NCBI GenBank assembly: GCA_031554285.1
Contig: JAVBVL010000019.1
Coordinates: 9,768 to 73,767, forward strand
Length of the DNA stretch: 64,000 nt
From: Bacteroides sp.
Lineage (GTDB): Bacteria > Bacteroidota > Bacteroidia > Bacteroidales > Bacteroidaceae
Direction of reading: 5' to 3'
Part shown: positions 1-9,217 of the stretch, piece by piece
Layout: every line of letters begins with the position of its first letter
How positions within the stretch are numbered: the stretch's first letter is position 1
Notes under the pieces: model-generated
The model's input: the letters and a program-made list of their open reading frames with translations, nothing else
What the model was told of the DNA's origin: nothing
The model's database searches: none
Translations under genes and position numbers: made by a program

Positions 1-1079
1 GGAACGAAGGTTTGGTATTCCTTCAGGCACAACTCAATAGCGGCAATCTGTTGGTTGAGTTCCTCCGGAGTGTGGGCTTTGGTTTCCGTTAATACGGCAG
101 TCAGACCTTCACCGGTGGGGTCGTTTACCGATGCCAATGATTTCTTATCAAGCAATTCTGCTCCATGTACCACTAAACTGCCGTCGCTGTTTTGCAACTG
201 CTTCATGGCAACCACTGCCCGGCAGGCTTCCTTGATGTCGCTAAAATAGAGCATGGCACTTGCCTTGCAGGGGTAGTCATATTCGGTTTTCATGGTAACC
301 TCTGAGAGGAATGCCAGTGTTCCTTCCGAACCTACCATCAAGTGGGCAATAATATCGAAGGGGTCAGTAAATTGTACTAAAGGGAGGATGTTGAGTCCGG
401 TTACATTCTTAATCGAGTATTTATGACGGATGCGGTTGGCTAACAATGTGTTGTTTTGTACCTCGTCACGCAAGGCTTCAATCCGTTTCAGCATCTTGCT
501 ATGGGTAAAGGCAAACGCCTTGCGACTCATTTCGTTACCGGTATCCAATATCGTACCATCGGACAGAATAATACGAACAGAAACCAACATCTTGTCGCTG
601 TTGGCATGGGTACCACAGTTCATTCCCGAGGCATTATTCATCACGATTCCACCCACCATGGCCGACTTTACCGAGGCGGGGTCCGGGGCAAACTTGCGTC
701 CAAAAGGTTGCAGAATTTCATTCACCCGTTGCCCGATAAGCCCGGGCTGGAGGGTAATCTGTTCGCGGTCGTCTGAGATGCGGTACTTTTCCCAATGCTT
801 CCCGGCTACAATCAGTATAGAGTCACTAATGGCTTGTCCCGACAAACTGGTTCCCGCTGCGCGGAAGGTTACCGGCAGTTGATAACGGTGAGCAATCATC
901 AGGAGGTTAGCTACCTCCTTCTCACCATCCGAGCGGACTACAATCTGAGGAATCAGACGGTAGAATCCTGCATCTGTACCCCAAGCTAACCGGCGAAGGT
1001 CGTCGGTATAGATTCGCTCTTGCGGAACAAATGAGGCTATCTCCCGCAGAAACGCCACATAGCTTTCTCTCTTATTCAT
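1..1079 (-). CDS. FAD-binding/(Fe-S)-binding oxidoreductase, D-lactate dehydrogenase (Dld-II/GlcD-like); 3' end runs off the window
   Basis: Not in the ORF track. Manual translation from ATG 1079 gives MNKRESYVAFLREIASFVPQERIYTDDLRRLAWGTDAGFYRLIP...TFRAAGTSLSGQ...PDPAS...GGIVMNNASG...GSEGTLAF (FAD_binding_4 motifs), open to the window edge. Start overlaps the upstream stop (TAATG). Confidence 0.85.
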   Translation of the reverse strand, partial: MNKRESYVAFLREIASFVPQERIYTDDLRRLAWGTDAGFYRLIPQIVVRSDGEKEVANLLMIAHRYQLPVTFRAAGTSLSGQAISDSILIVAGKHWEKYRISDDREQITLQPGLIGQRVNEILQPFGRKFAPDPASVKSAMVGGIVMNNASGMNCGTHANSDKMLVSVRIILSDGTILDTGNEMSRKAFAFTHSKMLKRIEALRDEVQNNTLLANRIRHKYSIKNVTGLNILPLVQFTDPFDIIAHLMVGSEGTLAFLSEVTMKTEYDYPCKASAMLYFSDIKEACRAVVAMKQLQNSDGSLVVHGAELLDKKSLASVNDPTGEGLTAVLTETKAHTPEELNQQIAAIELCLKEYQTFV

Positions 1080-2323
1080 TACTTGTACAAATAATATTTC
1101 TTGGACAATTTACGAAAACTGTCCACATCTTTATACCAATACTCGCGAATATCTTCCCAACGGTTACGTTGGCTGAAGCGTTCGCGTATCTCTTTGGAAC
1201 CACTTACTAAATCGAACATCCTGAACCGCCCTTTATCGGCATGGTCAAATACGGCACGGTCCGGATATAGCACGGCTAACTCTTGCATTACCAGGAACTG
1301 AATTTCACTTAAAGCAGCCTTCTGATAATCCATAATATGCACTTGTACGCCTTGCAAGAGTTCTCCTTTCCCAACCGAGTAGAACGGTTTGAGATACATA
1401 GGGCGGAAGATAATTCCCGGCAATTGTAAGTTGTTGAGGCGATTGGCCAGTTCTTCTGCTTTAATCCAGGGTGCAGCAAACATTTGGAACGGAATGGTAT
1501 ATCCTACTCCGATAGATAGATATCCCAATTCGCCCAAAATACCCGATACCGGATAGAAATACGAAGTGTGCGGATGTGGAATGTGTGGCGAAGAAGGAAC
1601 CCATTGCAAACCCGTTTGCGTGTAATCCATCTTGCGTTTCCATCCTTTCATCTTTACTACATGCAGGCTGCAGGTTTTACCCAACATCTGCTCGCCATTG
1701 AGCATCAATGCTAACTCTCCACAAGTGAGGCCGTAAAGGTACGGGATTTTAAACTGACTGACAAATGAAAAAAAGCCATCTTCTACTAAATTTCCTTCAA
1801 TCTTTAGTCCCCCTACCGGATTGGGGCGGTCTAAAACAATAAATTCTTTTCCGTTCTCGGCAGCCGCTTCCATGGCTACTCCCATGGTACTGATGTAAGT
1901 AAAGGAACGGCAGCCAATGTCCTGAATGTCGTACACCAATACGTCAATACCTTCCAGCATCTCCGGGGTAGGTTTACGAGTCTTTCCGTACAGGGAGAAG
2001 ACGGGTAACCCGGTAGCCGGGTCGTTGCCGCTTTCTATCTTATCGCCGGCATGCACATCACCGCGCACACCATGTTCAGGTCCATACAGAGCCACCAGGT
2101 TTACATTGGGAGCTTCGTGCAGGATGTCGATGGTCGACTTCAGTTGATTATCCACTCCGGTGGGATTGGTTATCAGCCCCACGCGTTTTCCTTCCAGACA
2201 CTTGAATTGCTGCTCTTTCAGCACCTCGATACCTGTCTTTATGGTAATTTTCTGTGCTTGCGCCATACCGGCACACAACACAACGCATATCAAACTTACA
2301 ATAAATCTGTTATTCTTTTTCAT
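1079..2323 (-). CDS. namZ: Exo-beta-N-acetylmuramidase NamZ family (DUF1343/GH171), secreted
   Basis: Signal peptide; GLITNPTG, PEHG, YDIQDIGCRSFTY, LDRPNP and PSSPHIP motifs. Confidence 0.9.
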   Translation of the reverse strand: MKKNNRFIVSLICVVLCAGMAQAQKITIKTGIEVLKEQQFKCLEGKRVGLITNPTGVDNQLKSTIDILHEAPNVNLVALYGPEHGVRGDVHAGDKIESGNDPATGLPVFSLYGKTRKPTPEMLEGIDVLVYDIQDIGCRSFTYISTMGVAMEAAAENGKEFIVLDRPNPVGGLKIEGNLVEDGFFSFVSQFKIPYLYGLTCGELALMLNGEQMLGKTCSLHVVKMKGWKRKMDYTQTGLQWVPSSPHIPHPHTSYFYPVSGILGELGYLSIGVGYTIPFQMFAAPWIKAEELANRLNNLQLPGIIFRPMYLKPFYSVGKGELLQGVQVHIMDYQKAALSEIQFLVMQELAVLYPDRAVFDHADKGRFRMFDLVSGSKEIRERFSQRNRWEDIREYWYKDVDSFRKLSKKYYLYK

Positions 2324-3605
2324 GAGCTATTTCCTCCTTCTTTTTACCGTAGTTAGGATCAATCTTGATAAAGGCACATACCGTAATGGTAGCAGCACAG
2401 CACACCATTACCCAAATAAAGAAGTTCTCGTATCCTATTTGTTCTTGCAACCAACCGGCAGCCATACCCGGCAGCATCATACCCAATGCCATGAAAGCAG
2501 TACAGATGGCGTAGTGGGCCGTTTTGTGTTCGCCATCGGCATAATAAATCATGTAGAGCATATAAGCTGTAAATCCGAATCCGTAACCGAATTGCTCGAT
2601 GAATACGCAGATATTGATAATTATCAGACTCTCCGGTTGGGCATATCCCAGGTACACAAAGGTGAGGCAAGTAAGTGAAATGCTCCAAGCCATGGGCCAC
2701 AACCACCTTTGCAAACCACCTTTAGCTGCGCAGATACCGCCAATGATACCACCCAGTGTTAAACCAATGATACCAATGGTTCCGTATACCAATCCTACTT
2801 CGGCTGTGGAAAGGCCCAAACCTCCCTTCTCTATCGGGTCGAGCAGGAATGGATTAATCAATTTAACCAACTGAGCTTCCGGGAAACGGTAGAACAACAT
2901 AAACAGAATGGCAATACCGGCTTGCTTCTTTTTAAAGAAGGTGGCAAAGGTGGCAAAGAATTCCTTGAAAATGTTAGAGGCCGTTACATTCTCTACCGCC
3001 GATTTATCTGAGGCCGGCTTGGGCAGGATGTAAGTGTGATAGAGGAAGAATGCAATGAATAGTCCCGCCAGGATGTAGAAGGTAATACTCCACGCCATAG
3101 ATACCGACATGTTTTTCTCCAATCCACCCGCCAACATTACCAGCAATCCTTGTCCGGCAATGGTAGCTATACGATAAAAAGTACTACGAATACCTACATA
3201 CAATGCTTGTTCACGTACATCGAGTGCCAGCATGTAGAATCCGTCGGCGGCAATGTCGTGTGTGGCCGAACTGAAAGCCACCAACCAAAATACAGCCAGA
3301 GTGTACTGGAAGAACGAATCCATCGGGATGGTAAAGGCAATACCTGCCAACCCGGCACCTACCAATAACTGCATGGTAGTTACCCACCAGCGTTTGGTTT
3401 TTAACAAATCGACAAAGGGGCTCCAGAAAGGCTTGATTACCCAGGGAAGGTACAGCCAGCTGGTATATAATGCAATGTCTGTGTTCGATATGCCCAATCG
3501 TTTGTACATAATCACAGAGATAGTCATAACGGCTACATAGGGTAGCCCTTGTGCAAAATAGAGAGTGGGTATCCAGGCCCAGGGTGATGTTTTCCCGTTT
3601 TTCAT
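2310..3605 (-). CDS. ampG: AmpG-family muropeptide MFS permease
   Basis: LYFAQGLP, PWVIKPFWSPFVD and SATHDIAADG motifs; about 12 hydrophobic segments. Confidence 0.85.
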   Translation of the reverse strand: MKNGKTSPWAWIPTLYFAQGLPYVAVMTISVIMYKRLGISNTDIALYTSWLYLPWVIKPFWSPFVDLLKTKRWWVTTMQLLVGAGLAGIAFTIPMDSFFQYTLAVFWLVAFSSATHDIAADGFYMLALDVREQALYVGIRSTFYRIATIAGQGLLVMLAGGLEKNMSVSMAWSITFYILAGLFIAFFLYHTYILPKPASDKSAVENVTASNIFKEFFATFATFFKKKQAGIAILFMLFYRFPEAQLVKLINPFLLDPIEKGGLGLSTAEVGLVYGTIGIIGLTLGGIIGGICAAKGGLQRWLWPMAWSISLTCLTFVYLGYAQPESLIIINICVFIEQFGYGFGFTAYMLYMIYYADGEHKTAHYAICTAFMALGMMLPGMAAGWLQEQIGYENFFIWVMVCCAATITVCAFIKIDPNYGKKKEEIAHEKE

Positions 3606-3617
3606 GGTATGTATGCT

Positions 3618-4925
3618 TTAATAGAGTTTATCAATGGTTGCTCCAATGTAATAGTGCAACAGAATGTCGTTGTATAAGTAGCCTTGTTCGCCCATGACGG
3701 CAGCACCAATCTGGCACAGTCCTACTCCGTGTCCCCATCCGGCTCCGGTGAGGATAAATTTTCCGGGTATTCCATTTACAACATCTGCTTTGTCTACTAC
3801 AAAGCCTGAACTGTATAGGTGCGAGGTAGATAGAGTGCGACGTATTTCCAACTCTTTTCCGATGGTCATGGTACGCAGGGTACCAACAATCTTTAATTTG
3901 GTTAACCGTCCGGAAGTTCCCCGTGCTACCGGTATCAGGTCGATAATCTGTCCGTAGTCGATACCCGACCGTTGCAGGATTAACTGCGAAAGTTCCTCCT
4001 GTGTGTATTCTACCTTCCAACGATAGAAATGAGTTGTTTCCTGGTCGTAGTTATTAAGCACCTGTCCCAGAATCTTCTTATCCGTGGTGTTACAAAATGC
4101 TTCGGGTGAGGTACGTATCCACCGTTCGGCTTCCGTTTCGATGCGTAAGTCGGGTAGGGTGGTTTCCGTTTTGCTGTCCCGTTGTTTGCAGAGGTAAGGG
4201 TGCGCCTCTTCCTCCCAACAATATTGAAATTCTTCAAAGGCTCCGCCGCAGCATTTGGAGAAGCGGGCATCGCATATCTGTCCGTTGCTCATCAGTACTT
4301 GTCCGCGGGTAGCTTCAATGGCTTGGCGCACAATAGCTGTCGATGCACGGGTGATGCCTTGGTAACGTTGACAATGGTCGTCGGCGCAAACGTCAAAATG
4401 GGTATGATCCTCCCGGTCGTACCAGCGTGTTAGTTCGTCTTCAGTTTGTGTGCAGGTTGTATAAGTTTGTTCGGCTACTTTCTTGTTTTTCTGAATCTGC
4501 GCCAGGAGCCAACTGCGGGAAATAACGGCATGTGCCTGGAGTAATTCAAGGGAAGCGGTAGCGCTCATCTCCGAAGAGATTACACTGGTGAGGTAATCCT
4601 CAATACCCACCACGTTGACAGCGGTAAGTTGTTCTCTCTCTACAATCAGCTTCAGTGCTCCCTGGAAGCGCTGGTCTTCTTTACGTTCCCAATGGAAATT
4701 AATCCCGATGATAACATCCTTTAGCTCGAATGCTCCTGCAACCGGGTCGGCAGGCTCCCACAATAGTTCGTTGTACAGGCTTCCATTCCAAAGAATCTTA
4801 CCTGCCTGGTACGATACTGTTTGCAAACCCTGGTATTCTTTCCCGTCTGCATGGTAGGGAGTCAACAGGACAAACTCAAGTTGCGTTCCCGATAGGATAC
4901 CTACATGTACGTTTGGCTCTTTCAT
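3618..4925 (-). CDS. SpoIID/LytB domain protein (lytic transglycosylase-like)
   Basis: EDYLTSVISSEM, LQAHAVISRS, CADDHCQRY and GAGWGHGVGLCQIGA...ILLHYY motifs. Confidence 0.88.
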   Translation of the reverse strand: MKEPNVHVGILSGTQLEFVLLTPYHADGKEYQGLQTVSYQAGKILWNGSLYNELLWEPADPVAGAFELKDVIIGINFHWERKEDQRFQGALKLIVEREQLTAVNVVGIEDYLTSVISSEMSATASLELLQAHAVISRSWLLAQIQKNKKVAEQTYTTCTQTEDELTRWYDREDHTHFDVCADDHCQRYQGITRASTAIVRQAIEATRGQVLMSNGQICDARFSKCCGGAFEEFQYCWEEEAHPYLCKQRDSKTETTLPDLRIETEAERWIRTSPEAFCNTTDKKILGQVLNNYDQETTHFYRWKVEYTQEELSQLILQRSGIDYGQIIDLIPVARGTSGRLTKLKIVGTLRTMTIGKELEIRRTLSTSHLYSSGFVVDKADVVNGIPGKFILTGAGWGHGVGLCQIGAAVMGEQGYLYNDILLHYYIGATIDKLY

Positions 4926-4928
4926 ATA

Positions 4929-5870
4929 TTATATCTTTACACTATCAATAATGCGCTGTACCAGCTGTCTGAATTCAATGGGGTCTAAGCAAACCTCCTG
5001 TAAGATACCGGCTATATTCCGGGCAGTCAGTTTCTCAAAATCCTCTTCGCGGGGAGTAATAAATACCCCTCCCATATCTACTGATGCCGGACTGATTAAG
5101 ATGTTGGCATCTCCTTCGGCTGTATAGCAAGAGGGGCGGTGTTTGCTGCGCGGAAAAATACAGACAATCCATTTCCCGTTATCGTCTACCCAGGCAATCA
5201 GATTCATCATAGGTTCTTCTTCACCGGGTTTTAGCTCCATAGCGTTATACACCATGTCGAACAATTCCGTAGCATCCCGCTTGTCGCACGCTTCAATCAC
5301 TAATGCAGGGCGGTTGGGATCGTCTAAGTATAACAAGTTGGCGGTATGGTACGTAAACACTTGGGTAGCCTTGTTCTTCCAATCCTGCTCAATGGGCATG
5401 AACCCTTTGTTGCCTGCCTGGAAATGGGCATGGTCGGGAGCCGAAGCACCACAACGCGGACCGTTGTAGAATATCACGTATTCATCGGCAAATGCGGCTA
5501 GGTCGAGCATATCTGCCATCCGGTTTTGTATCCGTTGGTCGGTATGCTGTACTTCCGGTATGGTGAGGTGTTTGGGAAATATCGGAAACGGATTAACCAG
5601 GATGGTGTAATGTCCGCCGAAAGGTATTCCCTTTTGCTCTGCCGGAAGATGTGCGGCACACAGGAAGCATTTACGCTCCCGGATAGACTGGCTGTCTACT
5701 TTCGCTGCCGAAGAGACCATGCGTGCCGGGTTAAACTGTACCTTGTAACGGGTACCGTCTACGTTCAGCTCTTTCACTTTTACTTGTTGCAAGGCGAGGT
5801 AATTGTCGCTTGCCAGTTTCCAGGAACTGAGTTGCTCGTCCAGTAATTGCTGTATGTTTGCTGCTGACAT
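4929..5870 (-). CDS. DUF4922 family protein (HIT-superfamily nucleotidyltransferase/phosphorylase-like)
   Basis: VQFNPAR, CFLC, LVNPFPI and FYNGPRCGASAPDHAHFQ (HxHxQ) motifs. Confidence 0.8.
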   Translation of the reverse strand: MSAANIQQLLDEQLSSWKLASDNYLALQQVKVKELNVDGTRYKVQFNPARMVSSAAKVDSQSIRERKCFLCAAHLPAEQKGIPFGGHYTILVNPFPIFPKHLTIPEVQHTDQRIQNRMADMLDLAAFADEYVIFYNGPRCGASAPDHAHFQAGNKGFMPIEQDWKNKATQVFTYHTANLLYLDDPNRPALVIEACDKRDATELFDMVYNAMELKPGEEEPMMNLIAWVDDNGKWIVCIFPRSKHRPSCYTAEGDANILISPASVDMGGVFITPREEDFEKLTARNIAGILQEVCLDPIEFRQLVQRIIDSVKI

Positions 5871-5875
5871 AGTTG

Positions 5876-7336
5876 TTATTTCTTATTCATGGCTACACGT
5901 GCCTGTAATTCCCAGGTACGGATGCGGTCTTTGTACAGGTTATGTCCGTTCATTTTCACAATGTCCAGTGAAGCATCCGAGTTGTCGTCCCAACGGCGGC
6001 ACAGGTAAACCACCTCATACACACGTCCAATCTGGAAGCGACGCGAGATGTTCAATCCCAAAGCATAGTCTTCACCGTAGCTGGTGTTGGGCACCTTTAC
6101 ATCACGCAATACAGGGGTGTAGAATGCACGGGGAGCACCCAACCCATTAATGCGCAGTGCATTGTTACGTCCGTTTTCAGGAGTCCACTCTTTGTGGTCA
6201 ATGATACCCGGGGCAATCATGTTCATCATGAAGTCGGTCATCATATATGTACCCACCACCATGGCGCAATTCTGTTCGTAGAAGGCGTTCACCATGGTCT
6301 GCAAGGTCTTTTCGTCTTTGTACACATCGTCACTGTCTAACTGTATGGCAAACTTACCGCATTTTTCGTGGTGCACGCCCATGTTCCAGCATCCGCCAAT
6401 ACCCAGGTCGTTACGGTTGGGGATAATATGAATCAACCGTTCATCGGCTGCATACTCGCGGATAGCTTCTGTAGTTCCATCAGTAGAGTGGTTGTCGATG
6501 ATAATCAGGTTGAACTTGAAATTGGTTTTTTGTTTGAGAACCGAGCTGATAGCGTCGCGAATGGTACGAATACGGTTGCGAACGGGAATAATCACCGATG
6601 CTTCATACTCAAAGTTGCCTGCTTCAAAAGCAATCTTCTCAAATTCCGGCGCCAGGTATCCGCCAATCTCTTTCAGGTGTTCGGTACAGGCCTGTTCCAT
6701 TTCTATTTGTACGCCCCGGTTCTTCGGGTCTACGTAATCGAATATCTTTTCGCCGCTCTTGCGGTTGTCATTCTCAATTTCAGAGTACAGATACTCGTTT
6801 ATGTGTACCAATGCTTCTTTTTGCGAGAGTTTCAAACGCAGGTCGTACAGTCCGGCAAACTGATAATTGGCTTTCATGCGGGCGGCTGCCTCTTTCAAAG
6901 CAGATGCTTTAAAGAACAGTACCGAGCCGAAGTTAAAGTCGTCACGAAGGCTGCCAAATTGGTAATCAATCACCGGAGCATTCTTTTGTTCGCCGGCTAT
7001 CACTTGATAATGGTCGGCATATACCATGCCGGCATTAGAGTCTTCAGCCAAGCGTGCCATGCGTTCCAACGCAAAATAGCTCATGCTCAAGGTGGTGTAT
7101 TTAGTGTACAGCAAAGTGTATGTAGCATCTGAGTGTGTGGCAACAGCCTGTATGGCAGCACTGCAATTCAAGGCGGGTACTACAAGCACTTCGCATCCCG
7201 GCAGGGCGGGAACTCCCGGTTGGGTAGCCAATAAATAAATTTGATCTACCAAGCCCGATGATTGCAGGCCATTGATGGTAGCAGTAGCCTGAGCAGCATC
7301 TGCGTAAGGAATGAAGCAATTGATTTTGTTTTTCAT
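5876..7336 (-). CDS. Family 2 glycosyltransferase with an N-terminal degenerate GT-like domain
   Basis: SVIIPVRN, IIIDNHSTDGT, QLDSDD and GEDY motifs in the C-terminal half. Confidence 0.85.
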   Translation of the reverse strand: MKNKINCFIPYADAAQATATINGLQSSGLVDQIYLLATQPGVPALPGCEVLVVPALNCSAAIQAVATHSDATYTLLYTKYTTLSMSYFALERMARLAEDSNAGMVYADHYQVIAGEQKNAPVIDYQFGSLRDDFNFGSVLFFKASALKEAAARMKANYQFAGLYDLRLKLSQKEALVHINEYLYSEIENDNRKSGEKIFDYVDPKNRGVQIEMEQACTEHLKEIGGYLAPEFEKIAFEAGNFEYEASVIIPVRNRIRTIRDAISSVLKQKTNFKFNLIIIDNHSTDGTTEAIREYAADERLIHIIPNRNDLGIGGCWNMGVHHEKCGKFAIQLDSDDVYKDEKTLQTMVNAFYEQNCAMVVGTYMMTDFMMNMIAPGIIDHKEWTPENGRNNALRINGLGAPRAFYTPVLRDVKVPNTSYGEDYALGLNISRRFQIGRVYEVVYLCRRWDDNSDASLDIVKMNGHNLYKDRIRTWELQARVAMNKK

Positions 7337-7342
7337 GACTAT

Positions 7343-9199
7343 TTATTTTTTATTATTTCTTGCAACGAGAAGTCCCACTTCACCGCCCGTAGCGGTAAAC
7401 AATACACTGTATCGACTGAGTGGAACTACTGTACTGATTAATGAATTACCTATTTTATGTTTCCACAGTACATTGCCTGTTTGTGAATCGAGTGCAAAGA
7501 TAAGACCATCCTTGGTACTACCGAATACAATGCCGTCTTTTTCTACTTGCATAGAAGGAGCGTGCTCATATCCGAAGCCTACGTTGGACGCCCAAATCTG
7601 GCGGGGAGTATCTTCAGTAGCGAAACACACAATGCTGTCGTTCATGGTTTTGCTATATACCTGTTTTTTATCGGCCGATAGTCCGATGGTTTCGCGTACG
7701 GTCGATTGTTTGGTACGCCATACGGTAGCTCCCGTTTCCAGGTTAATGGCTGTCAAAGCGCGTTCGGGGTCGGTAATAAATACCTTACCGTTGGCAGCTA
7801 CCGGCCATACGGCGGCAGGTGAGAAGTGCATGCGTGTCAGTCCGCCCGTCCATTTCCATAATTCCTTGCCGGTTTGTTTATCTAAGGCATACAAGGTGTT
7901 ATCCCATGCCCCGAAGATTACCTTGTTACCTTCAATGAGGGGTTTGGTTTCAATGTATCCTTTTACTCCGGTGTAGCTCCATGCTACCTTTCCTGTCTTG
8001 ATGTGGATGGCGCGGAATGTATGGTCGCTGGCACCTACGTAGGCAATGCCTTTTTCGATGGCTACCGCTCCCAATACCGGTTCGGCGGCTTCTACTTTCC
8101 AAAGCATTTTGCCGGTGGCGGCATCCAAGCCGTAGATGTTACGGTCGGCGGAGCCAAATACCACGATTCCATCGGCTACGGTCGGGGTACCTACAATGCG
8201 GTTGCCCGAACGGAATGTCCACGCTTTACTTCCGTCTTTCAAAGCATAGCAACTCAGGAACCCCATATCGTCGCCTACATATACCTTATCTTTATATACG
8301 GCGGGCGAATCGTAAATGCCTACGCCTGTTTGTACCAACCATTGCGGTTTTACCTGCGGATATTGGTTGTTTACGGAGAAATCGGGGTATTTGTCGGTAG
8401 CTCCTTGCGGACCGTAATAGGTCTTTGTGAGTGACAGAGCCGTCCAACGCTGAGGCTCTTTGCCAATCTTCTGTTCGTATACAATGAGTGAGTCGGGGGT
8501 AATGTCATAAATACTGTATCCGCCCACTCCGTCTTTGTCGCGCAGGTTCGAACGGTTCAATATACCCGGTATGCCATCATACGAGTGAGTAATGTTGCGG
8601 TGGTAATGTCCACCCACAAAAGTGCGGATATTGTACGGCCGAACGGCATCTGCCAGGTCGAACCAGTTGTCAATATCACCGTCTAACAAAGGATAGTGTG
8701 TAACCAGTATCACCGGCTTCTCTTTACCGGCTTTGGCCAGCTCCTCTTTCAACCAGGTGATGTCTTGCGGAACCACGTGGCCGTTGGCCATACGCATCAG
8801 CGGGCCCGAGTTAAAGCCGAGGAACAGAAAACCTTTGTGTTCAAATTCAAAGCGCTCACCTCCGTAGATGGCTCCAAAGTCGGTTACTCCGCTCTCGCTC
8901 CATTTGGTTTCGTGGTTACCGGGAATGGCGTAGTATTTTACCTTCAAACGGTCGAGTGCATCTTTGGCTTTTTGAAGCGAGGCACGGTCGCCCTCTTCGG
9001 TAATGTCGCCTGTTACCAGTACAAAGTCAATCCCCGGAGTGGCATTGAGTTGGTTAACCGATGCGTTGAGGTCGTCAATGGCGGTACCGCTGTGGGTAAT
9101 GTGCAAGTCGGTAAGCAAGGCAAAGCGAAAGCGTTCTCCAATCTGTGCGTGGAGGGCTATACATATGCAAGCTATACTGAGTAAAACTATTCTTTTCAT
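7343..9199 (-). CDS. Secreted calcineurin-like metallophosphoesterase fused to a PQQ-like beta-propeller
   Basis: Signal peptide; TDLH, GDIT, GNHE and GGHYH motifs, then repeated ALD..TG...W blades. Confidence 0.85.
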   Translation of the reverse strand: MKRIVLLSIACICIALHAQIGERFRFALLTDLHITHSGTAIDDLNASVNQLNATPGIDFVLVTGDITEEGDRASLQKAKDALDRLKVKYYAIPGNHETKWSESGVTDFGAIYGGERFEFEHKGFLFLGFNSGPLMRMANGHVVPQDITWLKEELAKAGKEKPVILVTHYPLLDGDIDNWFDLADAVRPYNIRTFVGGHYHRNITHSYDGIPGILNRSNLRDKDGVGGYSIYDITPDSLIVYEQKIGKEPQRWTALSLTKTYYGPQGATDKYPDFSVNNQYPQVKPQWLVQTGVGIYDSPAVYKDKVYVGDDMGFLSCYALKDGSKAWTFRSGNRIVGTPTVADGIVVFGSADRNIYGLDAATGKMLWKVEAAEPVLGAVAIEKGIAYVGASDHTFRAIHIKTGKVAWSYTGVKGYIETKPLIEGNKVIFGAWDNTLYALDKQTGKELWKWTGGLTRMHFSPAAVWPVAANGKVFITDPERALTAINLETGATVWRTKQSTVRETIGLSADKKQVYSKTMNDSIVCFATEDTPRQIWASNVGFGYEHAPSMQVEKDGIVFGSTKDGLIFALDSQTGNVLWKHKIGNSLISTVVPLSRYSVLFTATGGEVGLLVARNNKK

Positions 9200-9217
9200 G
9201 GTGTTTCTATTAACTGG

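Noticed and set aside
55-989. Plus-strand ORFs at the window start
   Set aside because: Shadows of the minus-strand FAD oxidoreductase
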